64,000 bases of DNA from an uncultured Armatimonadia bacterium (GTDB lineage Bacteria > Armatimonadota > Zipacnadia > CAVVLO01), in contig CAVVLO010000005.1 of NCBI GenBank assembly GCA_963749155.1, positions 128,001 through 192,000 on the forward strand, in the 5' to 3' direction. The notes beneath the pieces are model-generated. The model was not told where the DNA came from and ran no database searches. It saw only the letters and a program-made list of their open reading frames with translations. Every line of letters starts with the position of its first letter. Positions within the stretch are counted from its first letter, which is position 1. Below are positions 9,868-21,354 of this stretch, one piece after another. A program made the translations under genes and the position numbers.

Positions 9868-11703
9868 GTGAAAAAAATCGAACAACTGCTTTGCCAGATC
9901 GAGAAACCTGGCCGGTATATAGGTAAGGAGCACAACGCAGTCTCGAAGCCTGATGAAGGTATCGAGGTACGCGGAGTGCTGGCGTATCCCGATGTCTATG
10001 AACTCGGGATGGCCAACCTGGGAATTGCTATCCTTTACGAGGCTGTCAATCGGCTTCCCTGGGCGGCTTGTGAGCGCGTATACCTGCCCTGGCCCGATTT
10101 GGCTGAACGACTGCGCGCTGATCAGATCCCCCTTTGGTCTCTGGAATCCCAGCGCCCTGTGTGCGAGGCCGACTTCCTCGGTATTACTTTGCAATATGAA
10201 CTGACCTATCCCGGCGTACTTGAGTTGATTGACCTTTCGGGTATCCCTCTGCTTACTTCCGAACGCGCAGAAGAAGCCCCCTTCGTAATCGGGGGTGGGC
10301 CGTGCGCGCTTAATCCTGAGCCTCTGGCGCCCTTCTTCGATGCCGTGTTGGTCGGTGAAGGGGAGGAGGCGCTGGTCGAGTTCTGCAAGCTTGTGCGAGA
10401 GCGTAAAGAGGAAGGCTTCTCCCGGTTGGAGCTTAAGCGCAGGCTGGCGCAACTGGAAGGCTGGTATGTGCCAGAGTTTTACACAGTCCCAGTTGATGCT
10501 TCAGGCCAGGTGGGGAAGGTCCAGGTGTCGGATAACGCCCCTGCCGAGGTCTCTCGCCGAGTTGTGGCAGACCTCGACAAGGCCGTCTATCCGACAAGCC
10601 CTCTTGTGCCCTACATCGAGGTAACTCACGATCGCGCGGTGCTTGAGGTTATGCGTGGTTGCACCCGCGGCTGCCGGTTCTGTCAGGCAGGGGCTGCATA
10701 TCGGCCTGTCCGGGAGCGCAGCACCGAGGTGCTGGTTGAGCAGGCACGAGAGATACTGACCAACACTGGCGCTGAAGAGATCTCTCTGGTGTCGCTCAGC
10801 ACTACCGACCATAGTGACATCCAGGCTTTGGTGGAGGCTCTGCTCGAAGTATGCGAGCCTCTTCAGGTGAATGTCTCGCTGCCGTCTTTGCGCGTCGATG
10901 CAATGGATATTGGCCTGGCGGAACGCCTTGCGACTGTTCGCAAGGGGGGTATGACGCTGGCGCCCGAGGCGGGAACTCAGCGACTACGCAACGTCATCAA
11001 CAAGCAGGTAACCGAGCAGAGCCTGCTTGAGGCCACCGAGGCTGCTTTTGAGGCGGGCTGGAATACCATAAAGCTCTACTTTATGTTGGGGCTGCCTACC
11101 GAGACAGACGAAGACCTGCTGGGCATCGCCGACCTGGCCCGCAAGGTGCACTCTCAGGGACGCGAACTGCGCGGGGGCAGAGCGCAGGTAAATGTAAGCG
11201 TTGCGACTTTTGTGCCCAAGCCTCATACGCCTTACCAGTGGCTCGGTCAGATACCGCGCGATGAGATAGAGCGCAGACAGCGGTTGTTGAAGGACGCTTT
11301 TCATCGCTTGCGCGGAGTAAATCTCAAGCTGCACGCGCCTTCCCAGAGCCTTATCGAGGCCTTGCTTGCGCGCGGCGACAGGCGACTGGCTGACGTGGTG
11401 CTTGCGGTGTGGAAGAGGGGCGCCAGGTTTGAAGGCTGGCGCGAATATTTTAGTATGCAGCGCTGGCAGGAGGCGCTTTCCGAGACAGGACTCGAGCTGG
11501 AGCAGTATGCGAGCAGCCCCCGCAAGCTGAACGAAAGGCTGCCCTGGGACCAGCTCTCCTCGCGCGTTACCAAGGCCTTTCTTGCGCTGGAATTGCAGAA
11601 GTCAGAGGCCGGCTCGCTCACCCCTGACTGCCGGTTTGGCCCTTGCAGTGACTGTGGCGCATGCGATTCGCGGTTGAAGAACCGGCTTTGCAGGAGCAGC
11701 TAA
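9868..11703 (+). CDS. TIGR03960-family B12-binding radical SAM protein
   Basis: KPGRYIGKE, YPDVYELGMANLG, RGCTRGCRFCQAG, APEAGTQRLR, FVPKPHTPYQW, C-terminal DCRFGPCSDCGAC. Confidence 0.93.
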   Translation: MKKIEQLLCQIEKPGRYIGKEHNAVSKPDEGIEVRGVLAYPDVYELGMANLGIAILYEAVNRLPWAACERVYLPWPDLAERLRADQIPLWSLESQRPVCEADFLGITLQYELTYPGVLELIDLSGIPLLTSERAEEAPFVIGGGPCALNPEPLAPFFDAVLVGEGEEALVEFCKLVRERKEEGFSRLELKRRLAQLEGWYVPEFYTVPVDASGQVGKVQVSDNAPAEVSRRVVADLDKAVYPTSPLVPYIEVTHDRAVLEVMRGCTRGCRFCQAGAAYRPVRERSTEVLVEQAREILTNTGAEEISLVSLSTTDHSDIQALVEALLEVCEPLQVNVSLPSLRVDAMDIGLAERLATVRKGGMTLAPEAGTQRLRNVINKQVTEQSLLEATEAAFEAGWNTIKLYFMLGLPTETDEDLLGIADLARKVHSQGRELRGGRAQVNVSVATFVPKPHTPYQWLGQIPRDEIERRQRLLKDAFHRLRGVNLKLHAPSQSLIEALLARGDRRLADVVLAVWKRGARFEGWREYFSMQRWQEALSETGLELEQYASSPRKLNERLPWDQLSSRVTKAFLALELQKSEAGSLTPDCRFGPCSDCGACDSRLKNRLCRSS

Positions 11704-12369
11704 TGCAAGGATTAGTACTCAGATTCCAGAAAAGCCGCGACATCCGGTTTATTGGTCACCTGGATTTACATCGAGCCCTGGGCAGGACCTTCCGTAGAGC
11801 GGGTTTACCGCTTGCCTATTCCAGTGGATTCAATCCCCAGCCCCAGTTGGTTATCGCACGGCCACTTGCCAGTCTGCGCCTGGGGAAGCAACGAACTGCT
11901 TCATGCACGATTCGAGCAGGCGGTTGCTCCGCTTGAAGTGATGAAAGCGCTCGCGAAATCCACTCCACCTGGCCTGAGCTTCCTCTCTGCTGAGCCCTAT
12001 GAGGGCAAATCGCCTTTTGCGGAGATTGACCAGGAAGAATATCGCCTGGTTTTCTGCACCACCAGTCCGCCCGAGCCATCGGAATTAAACGTCCAGGCGC
12101 AGGCGTTGCTTGCCGAGGGATTTAACGTGGTGCGAGACCACAAAGGCAAGCATGTCAGCCTGACACTTGCCGAGTATCTGGTCGCGTTTGAAGCTGTTGG
12201 TTGCGGCGAGGCTGGCTACAACGTATCATATACTGCAAGACTCGATTTACAGCGGGCCCTTAGGCCTGCCGAAGTAATGAAGCTCCTTCAGCAGCTTGTG
12301 CCGGATGCCCAGTTGCTGGAGCTTGAGCGTATCCGCTTGATAGCGAGTAATGGGAGAAACCAGGTTTGA
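11703..12369 (+). CDS. TIGR03936-family radical SAM-linked protein (+1 indel near 11865)
   Basis: RFIGHLDL.RALGRTFRRAGLPLAYSSGFNPQP in ORF 11661 joins LPV.AWGSNE...PPGL in ORF 11752; conserved partner of the upstream gene. Confidence 0.88.
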
Positions 12370-13935
12370 AGAAGATCATCGCCGATGTGGGCATTATTGA
12401 GACCCGCATCGCAGTGCTTGAAGACGACAAGCTCGTAGAATTGAAATACGAGCGCGAACACCGCCTGGTAGGCAATATCTACAAAGGCAAAATCAAAGAC
12501 GTAATCCCCGGAATGGATTGCGCTTTCGTTGAGATAGGCCTGCCCCGATCAGCTTTTTTGCATGTCTCGGACGTCCATCTGCCTGGCGAAGAAGAAGCTA
12601 GCGAAGAGCCCCAACACAAGCCAGTGGACCAGGTGCTGCGGCCAGGCCAGGACCTGTTGGTCCAGGTCACCAAAGAGCCGATGGGCAGCAAAGGCGCCCG
12701 AGTCACCACCCGGATTGCCCTCCCCGCGCGATTCCTGGTTTTGATGCCGAAAGGCCATCTGATTGGCGTCTCGCGTACAATTGACAGCGCCGAAGAGCGG
12801 GCAAGACTCCGAGAACTCGCCACTAAAATCAAGCCCAAAGATATGGGGCTTATCGTCCGCACTGAGGCCGAAGGCGCTCAGCAGAAGGAACTAAAGGCTG
12901 ACTTGGCCTACCTGCGCAAAATATGGCGAGAGATAGAGCAAGCAATGCGCAAGCAGGAAGCGCCCTATATGCTTTATCAGGACGTCAGCCTCCTCTACAG
13001 CGTCATCCGCGATATGCTAAGCGATGATGTAGAAGAGTTCCTCATCAATACCTCAGAAGATTATGACCGCGCGCGCGATCTGGTGCGCGAATTCGCCCCC
13101 CATCTTATCGACCGAGTCAAAAGGCTTCGCGGTAAACAGCCTCTCTTTACCAAATACGGGCTGGAAGAAGAGATCGAGAAGCTTTATCAGCCGGCGAGTC
13201 TGGCTGCCCAGTGGGGGCAATGTTTCGATTGACGAGACCGAAGCGCTGGTCTCAATTGACGTCAACACCGCCAAGTTCACCGGAGAGCGCAACCTGGCAC
13301 GGACAGTCTTCAAGACCAACCTCGAGGCCTGTGATGAGATAGCCAGGCAGCTCCGACTGCGCCAACTCGGAGGCCAGGTTGTCATCGACTTCATCGATAT
13401 GGAATCAGCCAACGAGCGCCGGCAGGTGCAGAATCGCCTGAAGGAAGCGCTGGCGAAGGATCGCGCCAAGACGCGCGTGGTGAGTTTTTCCAGCCTCAAT
13501 ATCGCCGAGATGACCCGCAAACGCACTGGGGAGAGCCTCTCAAAGACCCTGACAGTCAACTGCCCCTATTGTGATGGGCGGGGCAGAACACGTGCCCCCG
13601 AGACACTGGCAGGAGAGATAGCTCGCAGGCTGCAGCAACTGCGCGATGAGAATGAAGGGGAGGTTTCCCTCATTGTTCACGCGCACAGTGATGTCTGTGC
13701 CGCGCTGCTTGGGGAGAACGAAGATGGCCTGATGGAGTTGCAGGAGGCCCTGGGCGCCCAGGTACTGCTGCATCCTGATCCGACAGCCCAACTCGACAAG
13801 TTTCAGCTTAGCTCGATTGTGGCCCCACCACCACCTACCAAGAAGCGCAAGCGTCGCCGGCGCAAGAAGTCGGAAGAAGATGGATCACCTGAAACGGGTG
13901 ATGAAGGCACTAGTGAGACTGAGCAGGAAGAGTAA
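12366..13935 (+). CDS. rng: ribonuclease E/G family (Rng/CafA-like); +1 indel near 13190
   Basis: GNIYKGKI S1 domain, VQVTKEPMGSKGARVT, then LPSGG..IDETEALVSIDVNT, IARQLRLRQLGG, IDFIDM, CPYCDGRG. Confidence 0.93.
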
Positions 13936-15316
13936 GCGGTAAGCTTACAATAAACTTTGCGCCTTTGCCGGGGCTGGACTCTACTTCGAGTCGGCCCCGG
14001 TGAGTTTTTTCAATGATCCGCTTGCTGACATAAAGCCCCAGTCCCGTTCCCCCAGAACTTTGCTTCGTAGTAAAAAACGGCTCGAAGAGCTTGCCCAGTT
14101 TGTCGGAGGCGATGCCGGGCCCGTTGTCACTGACAGTAACCACGGCTTCTCGGTCCTTCTGCACAAGCTCCAGGTGTATCTCCCCGCTCGATTCGACAGC
14201 CTGGATGGCGTTCTGGATCAGGTTGAGGAAGACCTGTCTCAGTTGCTCGGAGTCCGCCTCGATGATAAGGGGCTCGCTTGGCGGGGTGAAAGCAAGAATA
14301 ATCTCCCGGCGCCTGGCGTCTTCTCCCGCAAGCAGAGCCATATCGCCAAGCAGCGCGCCCAGATCGCACTCTCGCAAGGTAAAACGAGAAGGGCGCGAGA
14401 GTTGGCCGAGGCTTTGAGTAAGCCCTCGCAGGCGCGAGACTTCGCTTCTTATGACGCCAAGACTCTTGGCCTCGGGGCCGTCCTCGAATCTGGTCAGCAT
14501 GACATCCGCATGGAGCATTATGGCGGTCAGCGGGTTGTTCATCTCATGCGCGACAACACTGGCCAGGTTGGCGATAGCCTGACCTTTCTGTTCCTGCATT
14601 GAATAGAGTTCGGCTTCGTGGCGCGCTTCGAGGTGTTCCTGGTTCTCGGCAAGCACATTAAGGTAGATGGCGATTAACACAGCAACGAGGAAGACAGCCC
14701 TGGTAGCGAGTTCGAAAATCAGCAGTAGAGAAGCCATCTGGCCAACAGGAAAGCTGCTTGCCGCAGCGGAGAAACCAGCCGAACTGACCAAAGCCCAAAG
14801 TGCGGTCAGCAGCGGGATACGCGCAGCCAGATTGTAATAGCGGATGGCGGCACTGGCTTTCCAGGCTATTAAACAGGCGGCCACGACCAGGACCAGGTGG
14901 AGGGGCAACCAGCCAGGTGCTGGCAGTCCGGTTGGCGTGTTCTGATGCAGGCACTGAAGGATTATTAAGGCCAGGCCCAGAAGTGAAAATCCAAATATAC
15001 CGCGCACCAGGGGCGCATCGCGCTGTTCGAGCAGATGATCTCGGACTGCTCCATAACCGAGTGCCAGCAGCAGAGCGCAGTTGAGCGCCTGAGCACCCGC
15101 GGATATATCAAAAAGCAGACACTTGCTCGAGGCGGCAAATCCAAGGGCTAGCAGGCGGATGACAAGTGCAAAGCCAAGAGCTATCGCGAGGAGCAGGAAG
15201 GAGCGACTGCCGTCCCTGCGCGCTTCGCTGGCTGCCATCACGAGCGCGACAAGGACCAGGGGCAGCAGCGTCAGATCGAGCACAATCTGGGTGCGCTGTA
15301 GGAAGAGAGCTTGCAT
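13910..15316 (-). CDS. membrane-bound sensor histidine kinase
   Basis: Multi-TM N-terminus; H-box VAHEMNNPL, N-box QVFLNLIQNA, DNGPGI, FEPFFTTK, GTGLGL. Confidence 0.93.
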   Translation of the reverse strand: MQALFLQRTQIVLDLTLLPLVLVALVMAASEARRDGSRSFLLLAIALGFALVIRLLALGFAASSKCLLFDISAGAQALNCALLLALGYGAVRDHLLEQRDAPLVRGIFGFSLLGLALIILQCLHQNTPTGLPAPGWLPLHLVLVVAACLIAWKASAAIRYYNLAARIPLLTALWALVSSAGFSAAASSFPVGQMASLLLIFELATRAVFLVAVLIAIYLNVLAENQEHLEARHEAELYSMQEQKGQAIANLASVVAHEMNNPLTAIMLHADVMLTRFEDGPEAKSLGVIRSEVSRLRGLTQSLGQLSRPSRFTLRECDLGALLGDMALLAGEDARRREIILAFTPPSEPLIIEADSEQLRQVFLNLIQNAIQAVESSGEIHLELVQKDREAVVTVSDNGPGIASDKLGKLFEPFFTTKQSSGGTGLGLYVSKRIIEKTHRGRLEVESSPGKGAKFIVSLPLTLPAQSH

Positions 15317-15323
15317 AGGCTGG

Positions 15324-15735
15324 CTAGTTGCCTGTCAGCCCCCCGGGATTATCGAAGGTTGTCGTATGAACGACCTCCACCTGAGAGGCTCCGCCGGCTG
15401 CGAGCTGGTTGATTGCCCAGACCTCGGCTTTGCTAAGGCTCAGAGGTTTATATTCTTGCAGCACTCCATCCTTGAAGAGCTGGATACGCGCCCGACAGGC
15501 AAAAGGATAATCGCGAGTGGCCTCTTTCTCAAGGCTGTCTCCCCCAGCTGTCTCAGCCAGGTCTGACCTGCCCTTGTGACGAGCTGGCAGGCTTCGTGAA
15601 GCCTTGCCAAAGCACGAGCGACAGCAAGCCGGCATTTATTACCAGCAACACAAGACCAATCCTCACCGAGATCGTTATAAGTCGCTGGGTTGTTTCCAGC
15701 GAGGCTTCCTTGCGCAGCTCACTTCGAAAGGCCAT
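15324..15735 (-). CDS. hypothetical single-TM protein (~136 aa; +1 indel near 15565-15580)
   Basis: AAGGA RBS + ATG at 15735; TM helix; ORF 15553-15735 continues in the frame of ORF 15324-15635; fills the gap between co-oriented genes. Confidence 0.55.
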
Positions 15736-15756
15736 CCTGGTCCTTCCTTCTGGTGA

Positions 15757-16521
15757 TTAATCCTGCCAGTGGATAAGCAGTTTGATAAACTCTGGTGACT
15801 CTGACACTGCCCTGGAACGCACAGGCACAGCAGGCAGCAAGTCTTCCTGGGCACAAAACCAGAGGTCTTGCTCAAGCCCCAGGCTAGTAAGTTTGCTGCC
15901 GTGCTCGGAACGCTCGAAAATTTTCAGCAGCCCTTCAGTTGCAAGCAACTGCTGATATTTGTCATACTCCTCGGAAGCCTGAAGCGCGCAACCCAGAGCA
16001 ATCAGCCGGCTTGCCAGGAGGGCGCTCGCTGCCCAGTCTTCGAGGGGAAAGACCGGCGGTACAGCTTCTGAACCGGCTGCCAGCACCACGAGGGGGCGGC
16101 TGGCTTCAACAGCAAGCCTGAAGGCCAGCTTTGTAGCTGCCCTGGCGTTGATGGGCGCCGCAACAAGGGCTGCGCAATCAGGAGAAAGCCCGGCAAGACG
16201 CTGGGCGCCAGTGGTGGAGGTAAAGACGACTCGCTTGCCCCGGAGACGCGCTCCGAGGGCTTCGAGGGGAGAGTTACCCAGAGCGAAACCTTCTGGGGGC
16301 AGTCCACCTCTTTCGCCAGCGAGTACCGTGCCTGGGTGTCCCAGGGCCAGTTTACGAGCCTCGTCGACCTCTCGAGTGACATACAGGGCGCGAGGGTGTC
16401 TTGAGGCAAGCACGGCCAGGGTGGTGGAGGCGCGCAGGACATCGACCACCAGCGTGACAGCCTGCAGGCGGTTTGCGAGAGCTAGTCCAGATTGGCCTTC
16501 CGCGAGGTGGAGCAAGACCAT
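15757..16521 (-). CDS. comB: 2-phosphosulfolactate phosphatase (ComB) family protein
   Basis: VVDVLRASTT, LAGERGG, GFALGNSP, TSTTG, LEDW motifs. Confidence 0.88.
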   Translation of the reverse strand: MVLLHLAEGQSGLALANRLQAVTLVVDVLRASTTLAVLASRHPRALYVTREVDEARKLALGHPGTVLAGERGGLPPEGFALGNSPLEALGARLRGKRVVFTSTTGAQRLAGLSPDCAALVAAPINARAATKLAFRLAVEASRPLVVLAAGSEAVPPVFPLEDWAASALLASRLIALGCALQASEEYDKYQQLLATEGLLKIFERSEHGSKLTSLGLEQDLWFCAQEDLLPAVPVRSRAVSESPEFIKLLIHWQD

Positions 16522-16676
16522 ATTGGCGAATCCTCCCGGACGTCGTATTATAGCGGAGACAGAAGGCCAATTCGGCCAAGTCTAGTTAGGTGGAAACGAG
16601 CGCCGTTTACCTTCTGTTTGCATTTTGAGCCTACCAGTTTATCTGCTTTCGGGCAGAAGGGCCCAAGGAGCCAAAT

Positions 16677-17153
16677 ATGACCTGGATAGACCTGCTTATC
16701 TTCCCGCTTTTGGTGCTTGGTATATACCTTTACAGCAAGCAGGGAGTATTGGCTGCGCTAATCACTATGCTGCTAATGCTTGGGTATACCAAACTCATCG
16801 TCACAATGTACCACCCGCCGGTACTTGATGGGGTGCCGCAGACTTCGTGGAATTTCTTCATAATGTATTTGGCCGGTGCTGTGGTGGTGATTGGCGCCTG
16901 TTTTGCAGTGACCGCCTATTCATCGTTCAATCCAGGCGATGACGTCCTCGAGTCAGTGGGGGGAGGCATCTTCGGGTTGATTGTCGCCTGGTGCCTTTGC
17001 TATGGGCTTATACATGGCTTGCTGCTTGCCTATGGCACGGCTTCCGATGTCGGGGCGGCGGTGACAAATTCGCTGCTGGCCGACCAGGTATATTTCTTCA
17101 AGATGTTCAAGAGCGGCGCTGATGTGATGGAAGGCCTCGGGAATTATGACTGA
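16677..17153 (+). CDS. CvpA (colicin V production)-like membrane protein
   Basis: MTWIDLLI start, ~4 TM, ESVGGGIFGL, C-terminal NSLLA pattern. Confidence 0.6.
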   Translation: MTWIDLLIFPLLVLGIYLYSKQGVLAALITMLLMLGYTKLIVTMYHPPVLDGVPQTSWNFFIMYLAGAVVVIGACFAVTAYSSFNPGDDVLESVGGGIFGLIVAWCLCYGLIHGLLLAYGTASDVGAAVTNSLLADQVYFFKMFKSGADVMEGLGNYD

Positions 17154-17886
17154 GGAGCGCGGTTATCGCGCTCTGATGCAGCCTGAAGGTCTGGTGGTTT
17201 TTGAAGTTCAACTTTCCACTTCAGACCTTTGGATCGCCGCCGAAAGCGAGCTTAAAGTCGAAGCGCTGACCGAGCTTGCCAGGCTGCGCTCCGAGTTGAT
17301 GAACTATTTGCGGCGCGATCCGCGTTTCGCCGAAGAACTGAAGCCCTGGATGCCCCAGGCTGATGCGCCAGAAATCGCGGTCAAGATGGCTGAAGCGGCG
17401 GCCAGGTGTGGCGTCGGGCCAATGGCCGCTGTCGCTGGCGCCTTCGCTGAGGCGGTAGGACGCAAGCTGCTCGAATCAAGCCAGGAGGTGCGCGTCGAAA
17501 ACGGCGGCGACTGTTTTCTGGCGGGCCATCGAGAGGTTACTCTGGGGCTTTTTGCGGGAGAGTCTCCACTCACTGGGCAGGTAGGCTTCAAGCTGAGGCC
17601 CGACCAATTGCCTTGCGGAGTTTGCACTTCATCAGGTACGGTAGGCCCATCGCTTTCCTTCGGGAAGGCTGATGCGGCGGTCATATTTGCAGAAGATACT
17701 GCCCTGGCTGATGCCTGCGCAACCGCGACTGGCAATCTGGTAAAGACTTCCGCGGATTTCGAGCAGGCTTTGGCTTTCGCCCGGGGAATAAAGGGCGTGT
17801 GGGGGGCGGCGCTAGTCGTCCAGGAAGAGTTTGCCGCTTGGGGCGATATAGAACTGGTGCGCCTCGAGACGCAGGAGCAGGAGTGA
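17146..17886 (+). CDS. UPF0280 (ApbE-like) family protein
   Basis: VGPMAAVAGA, VENGGD, GVCTSSGTVGPSLSFGKADA, ADACATA.GN. Confidence 0.92.
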   Translation: MTEERGYRALMQPEGLVVFEVQLSTSDLWIAAESELKVEALTELARLRSELMNYLRRDPRFAEELKPWMPQADAPEIAVKMAEAAARCGVGPMAAVAGAFAEAVGRKLLESSQEVRVENGGDCFLAGHREVTLGLFAGESPLTGQVGFKLRPDQLPCGVCTSSGTVGPSLSFGKADAAVIFAEDTALADACATATGNLVKTSADFEQALAFARGIKGVWGAALVVQEEFAAWGDIELVRLETQEQE

Positions 17887-18269
17887 TTGGTGTGGGACAC
17901 GACCTGAAAGACGCTGATCTGATTAGAGAAAGACTCGAAGCCTCTTACACGGAGGCTGAAGAAGCGCTGGATTATGCCGAAGGCGATGTCCTGGGCGCTC
18001 TTTCCTATATTGAACGCGCCAGGGCCGAAAAAGCCGGCGGTCTGCAGAATGCAATCTCTACAATAATGGCGCGCAGCCAGTCGCTGGCTCAGCGGGGGAT
18101 CAAGTCGCTGGAATTTGAACTCGGGGGCAAGAAACTCGGCAAGCTGGACCTGTCAGTTGTTGGCCCTCTGGCCTTCGGCCTGGCTGTAGGGATTGGTTTA
18201 TTGAAGCTGTTGCAAATCTCGGTCATCGAACAAGCTTCCGAAGAAGCAGAGGAAGAGGCTGCCAGCTAG
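17883..18269 (+). CDS. DUF4342-like protein with N-terminal UBA/NAC-like helices
   Basis: DLIRERLEASYTEAEEALDYAEGDVLGAL; hydrophobic C-terminal segment; GTG overlaps the upstream stop. Confidence 0.6.
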   Translation: MIGVGHDLKDADLIRERLEASYTEAEEALDYAEGDVLGALSYIERARAEKAGGLQNAISTIMARSQSLAQRGIKSLEFELGGKKLGKLDLSVVGPLAFGLAVGIGLLKLLQISVIEQASEEAEEEAAS

Positions 18270-18356
18270 TTTAGCACTGCGCCCGATTCAGTTATAATCA
18301 AACCAACTTATGGCCGAGAGGCACTTGCCTCTCGGTTTGCCTTGATTGGAGGAAGT

Positions 18357-19229
18357 ATGAATTTCCAGGACGTCATTGAAGCGCTTAACGGCTTCTGGGC
18401 TGATTATGGCTGCCTGCTTGATCAGCCTTACGACCTTGAGGTAGGTGCGGGTACGATGCACCCCTCGACTTTCCTGAGGACCCTTGGGCCCGAGCCCTGG
18501 GAAGTCGCCTACGTGCAGCCCTCTCGCCGGCCTACCGATGGCCGGTATGGGGAGAATCCGAATCGCCTGCAACGTTATTTCCAGTATCAGGTCATCCTTA
18601 AGCCCTCGCCAGATAATGTGCAGCAACTCTATCTGGAGAGCCTCCGGTCTTTGGGTATCGAGGCGCGCCAGCACGATATCCGGTTCGTCGAAGATGACTG
18701 GGAATCCCCAACTCTAGGCGCCTCGGGAGTAGGCTGGGAAGTCTGGCTGGACGGTATGGAGATAACCCAGTTTACGTATTTCCAGCAGGTGGGCGGCTTT
18801 GAGGTCAGTCCTATCTCATGCGAGATAACTTACGGCCTCGAGCGCATTGCGATGTATCTGCAAGGGGTCGAAGCCTACACGGACCTCAAGTACAACGCGA
18901 AAGTAAAATATGGCGACATCTACAAGCCCAACGAATTTGAAGGTTCGACCTACAACTTCGAGCTGGCTGACACCGCTATGCTGGCGCAGCATTTTGCAGA
19001 CTACAAGGCCGAGGGCCGGCGCTGCATTGAACGCGGTCTGGTGCTGCCGGCCTATGATTATTGCCTGAAGCTGTCGCATACCTTCAACCTGATGGATGCG
19101 CGCGGTGCGGTCAGTGTTACCCAGCGCGCGGCCTTGATTGCGGATGTGCGCGGACTGGCCCAACAGTGCGCCAAAGCTTACCTGGCGCAGCGCGAAGCCC
19201 TGGGCTACCCTATGGGCCTGGCGGAGTAG
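18357..19229 (+). CDS. glyQ: glycine--tRNA ligase alpha subunit
   Basis: [52 protein letters not shown]. Confidence 0.98.
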   Translation: MNFQDVIEALNGFWADYGCLLDQPYDLEVGAGTMHPSTFLRTLGPEPWEVAYVQPSRRPTDGRYGENPNRLQRYFQYQVILKPSPDNVQQLYLESLRSLGIEARQHDIRFVEDDWESPTLGASGVGWEVWLDGMEITQFTYFQQVGGFEVSPISCEITYGLERIAMYLQGVEAYTDLKYNAKVKYGDIYKPNEFEGSTYNFELADTAMLAQHFADYKAEGRRCIERGLVLPAYDYCLKLSHTFNLMDARGAVSVTQRAALIADVRGLAQQCAKAYLAQREALGYPMGLAE

Positions 19230-19238
19230 GAGAGAGTT

Positions 19239-21354
19239 ATGAATCGCAGATTGCTGCTTGAAGTTTATACTGAAGAGATACCCTCCAGCTTTTTCGCCGC
19301 GGGATTGCTTCCCCAACTGCGGGCGCTCGCGGAAGAAGAACTGGCTGCAGCGCGCCTGACCTCGACCGAACTCAAGGTCTGGGGCACGCCGCGCCGGCTT
19401 GCGGTTGCCTTTGAAGGCGTCCCCGAGGCGCAGGCGGGGCAGACCCAGGAAGTAAAAGGCCCCCCTGCAAGTGTTGCCTTCGATGCCGAGGGCAATCCCA
19501 CGAAAGCTGCACTGGGCTTTGCCGAGAAGGCTGGCGTCGCGCCCGAGACACTTGTCCGCAGGCAAGACGGTAAAGCGGAATACGTCTGGGCCGAGGTCAG
19601 TGAAGAAGGGCAGGCCACTCTCAAAGTCGCCGGACCCCTGTTCGAGCGTATCATAAATCGCCTGACCTTCCCCAAGACGATGCGATGGAACAAGACCGCC
19701 TTCCGCTTCGCGCGGCCCATCAAGGGCTTGCTTGGGCTTTACGGCAACGAACAGGTTGCCTTCTCGGTGGCTGGGTTGGAGAGTGGCCGGCTGACCTGGT
19801 CTCATCCCTTCGCCCCCCAGGGCAGGCACAGCTTTGAGCTGGGCGCGGCCGAGGACTACGAGCAAGAGCTGCTCGAGCGGCAGGTGCAGGTTGATCCTGC
19901 CAAGCGTCAGGCCGACTTGCTTGCGAGGGCCGAAGTATTGGCTTCGGAGTGCGGCGGAGTGCTGTATGACCGCGACAAGGCCGCCTATGAGAACTGCTTC
20001 CTCATCGAATGGCCAACCCCCTTTGCAGGCCATTATGCGGAGGAGTTTCTCGCGCTGCCGGTACCCATCCTGACCACGGTAATGCGCAAGCATCAGAAGT
20101 ACTTCCCGCTGGTGACCGAGAAGGGTGGCCCGCTGCCTTACTTCATCGGCGTGCGCGATGGGGACGACTACTCGCTGGACGAGGTCATCCACGGCAACGA
20201 ACGCGTCATCCGGGCGCGGCTCGCGGATGCGGCTTTCTACTTTGAGAACGACCGCAAGCAACCGCTAGAAGCCAGACTGGAAGAGTTGAAGACCGTCACC
20301 TTTGAGGCGCGGCTGGGCACGCTTTACGAGAAGACCGAGCGGCTGGAGCAGCTGGCTGGTCAGCTAGCAAGCACGCTGGCACTGGAGTCCGAGGTTAGAG
20401 AGGCGCTGCTGCGCGCGGCGCGGCTGGCCAAGTGCGATCTCGTCACCGATATGGTGCAGGATTTCGACGAACTACAGGGCGTTATGGGCCGTCATTATGC
20501 GCTGCTCGATGGCGAATCCGAGGCGGTCGCGCAGGCACTGGAAGAACAATATATGCCGAAGGCGGCAGGGGCTGCTTTGCCGAAGTCTCTGCCCGGCGCG
20601 CTGCTGTCGCTTGCGGACAAGCTGGACACGGTCGTTGGGTGCCTGGCGGTCGGTTATTCGGCTACCGGCTCAGCTGATCCCTTTGGCCTCAGGCGTTCAG
20701 CCTATGCGCTTGGTCTCGCTTTGCGACGCCTACGACCTCAAGCTGGACCTTTCCGCGCTGGCAGCGATGGTATACCAACTGGTAGAGCCCAAGGCCCAAG
20801 TGGGGAAGGACGATACGCTTGCGGCCTTCGCCGAGTTGCTGACAGGCCGCGTAGAGGCTTATCTGCGTGATGAAGGGCTGCGTTATGACACCCTCAACGC
20901 GGCGTTGGCCTCTGGCGCAACCACGCCGCGACTGGCCTGCCTGCGCGCTCGCACCTTCGAACAGAACCGCGACTTGGAGGGTTTTATCCAGCTTGCGACC
21001 GCGGCGATGCGGCCTATCAACATCGTGAGAGCGGCGCTGAAGAAGGGCCAGATCACCTCCGAGCTGCTCTCCGAGGCGCCGGATGAGACACTTTTCGGCA
21101 CCGAGATGGAGCAATCCCTTTTTGCAGCTTTCCAGGGCCTTGCTTCAGCGACTGCCGGGGAACTTCTGACCGAGGCCGCCTGGCAGGATTTCGCAACCCG
21201 TCTGACCGCGCTGACGCCAGTGGTGGACAAGTTCTTCGATGAAGTGCTGGTTATGGATAGCGACCTGGCCGTGCAGCAGAACCGCCTGCGGCTGATGGCC
21301 TATGTGGCAAGACTTTTGGAGAGGCTTGGTGACTTCACGCAACTGGTGATCTAG
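19239..21354 (+). CDS. glyS: glycine--tRNA ligase beta subunit (+1 indel near 20710)
   Basis: LLEVYTEEIP, TPRRL, FPKTMRW, HQKYFP, ARLADA.FY, ADPFGLRR; C-terminal FFDEVLVM..NRL in ORF 20497; corrected length ~704 aa. Confidence 0.95.

Noticed and set aside
18816..20261. 481-aa minus-strand ORF
   Set aside because: Antisense shadow of glyQ/glyS
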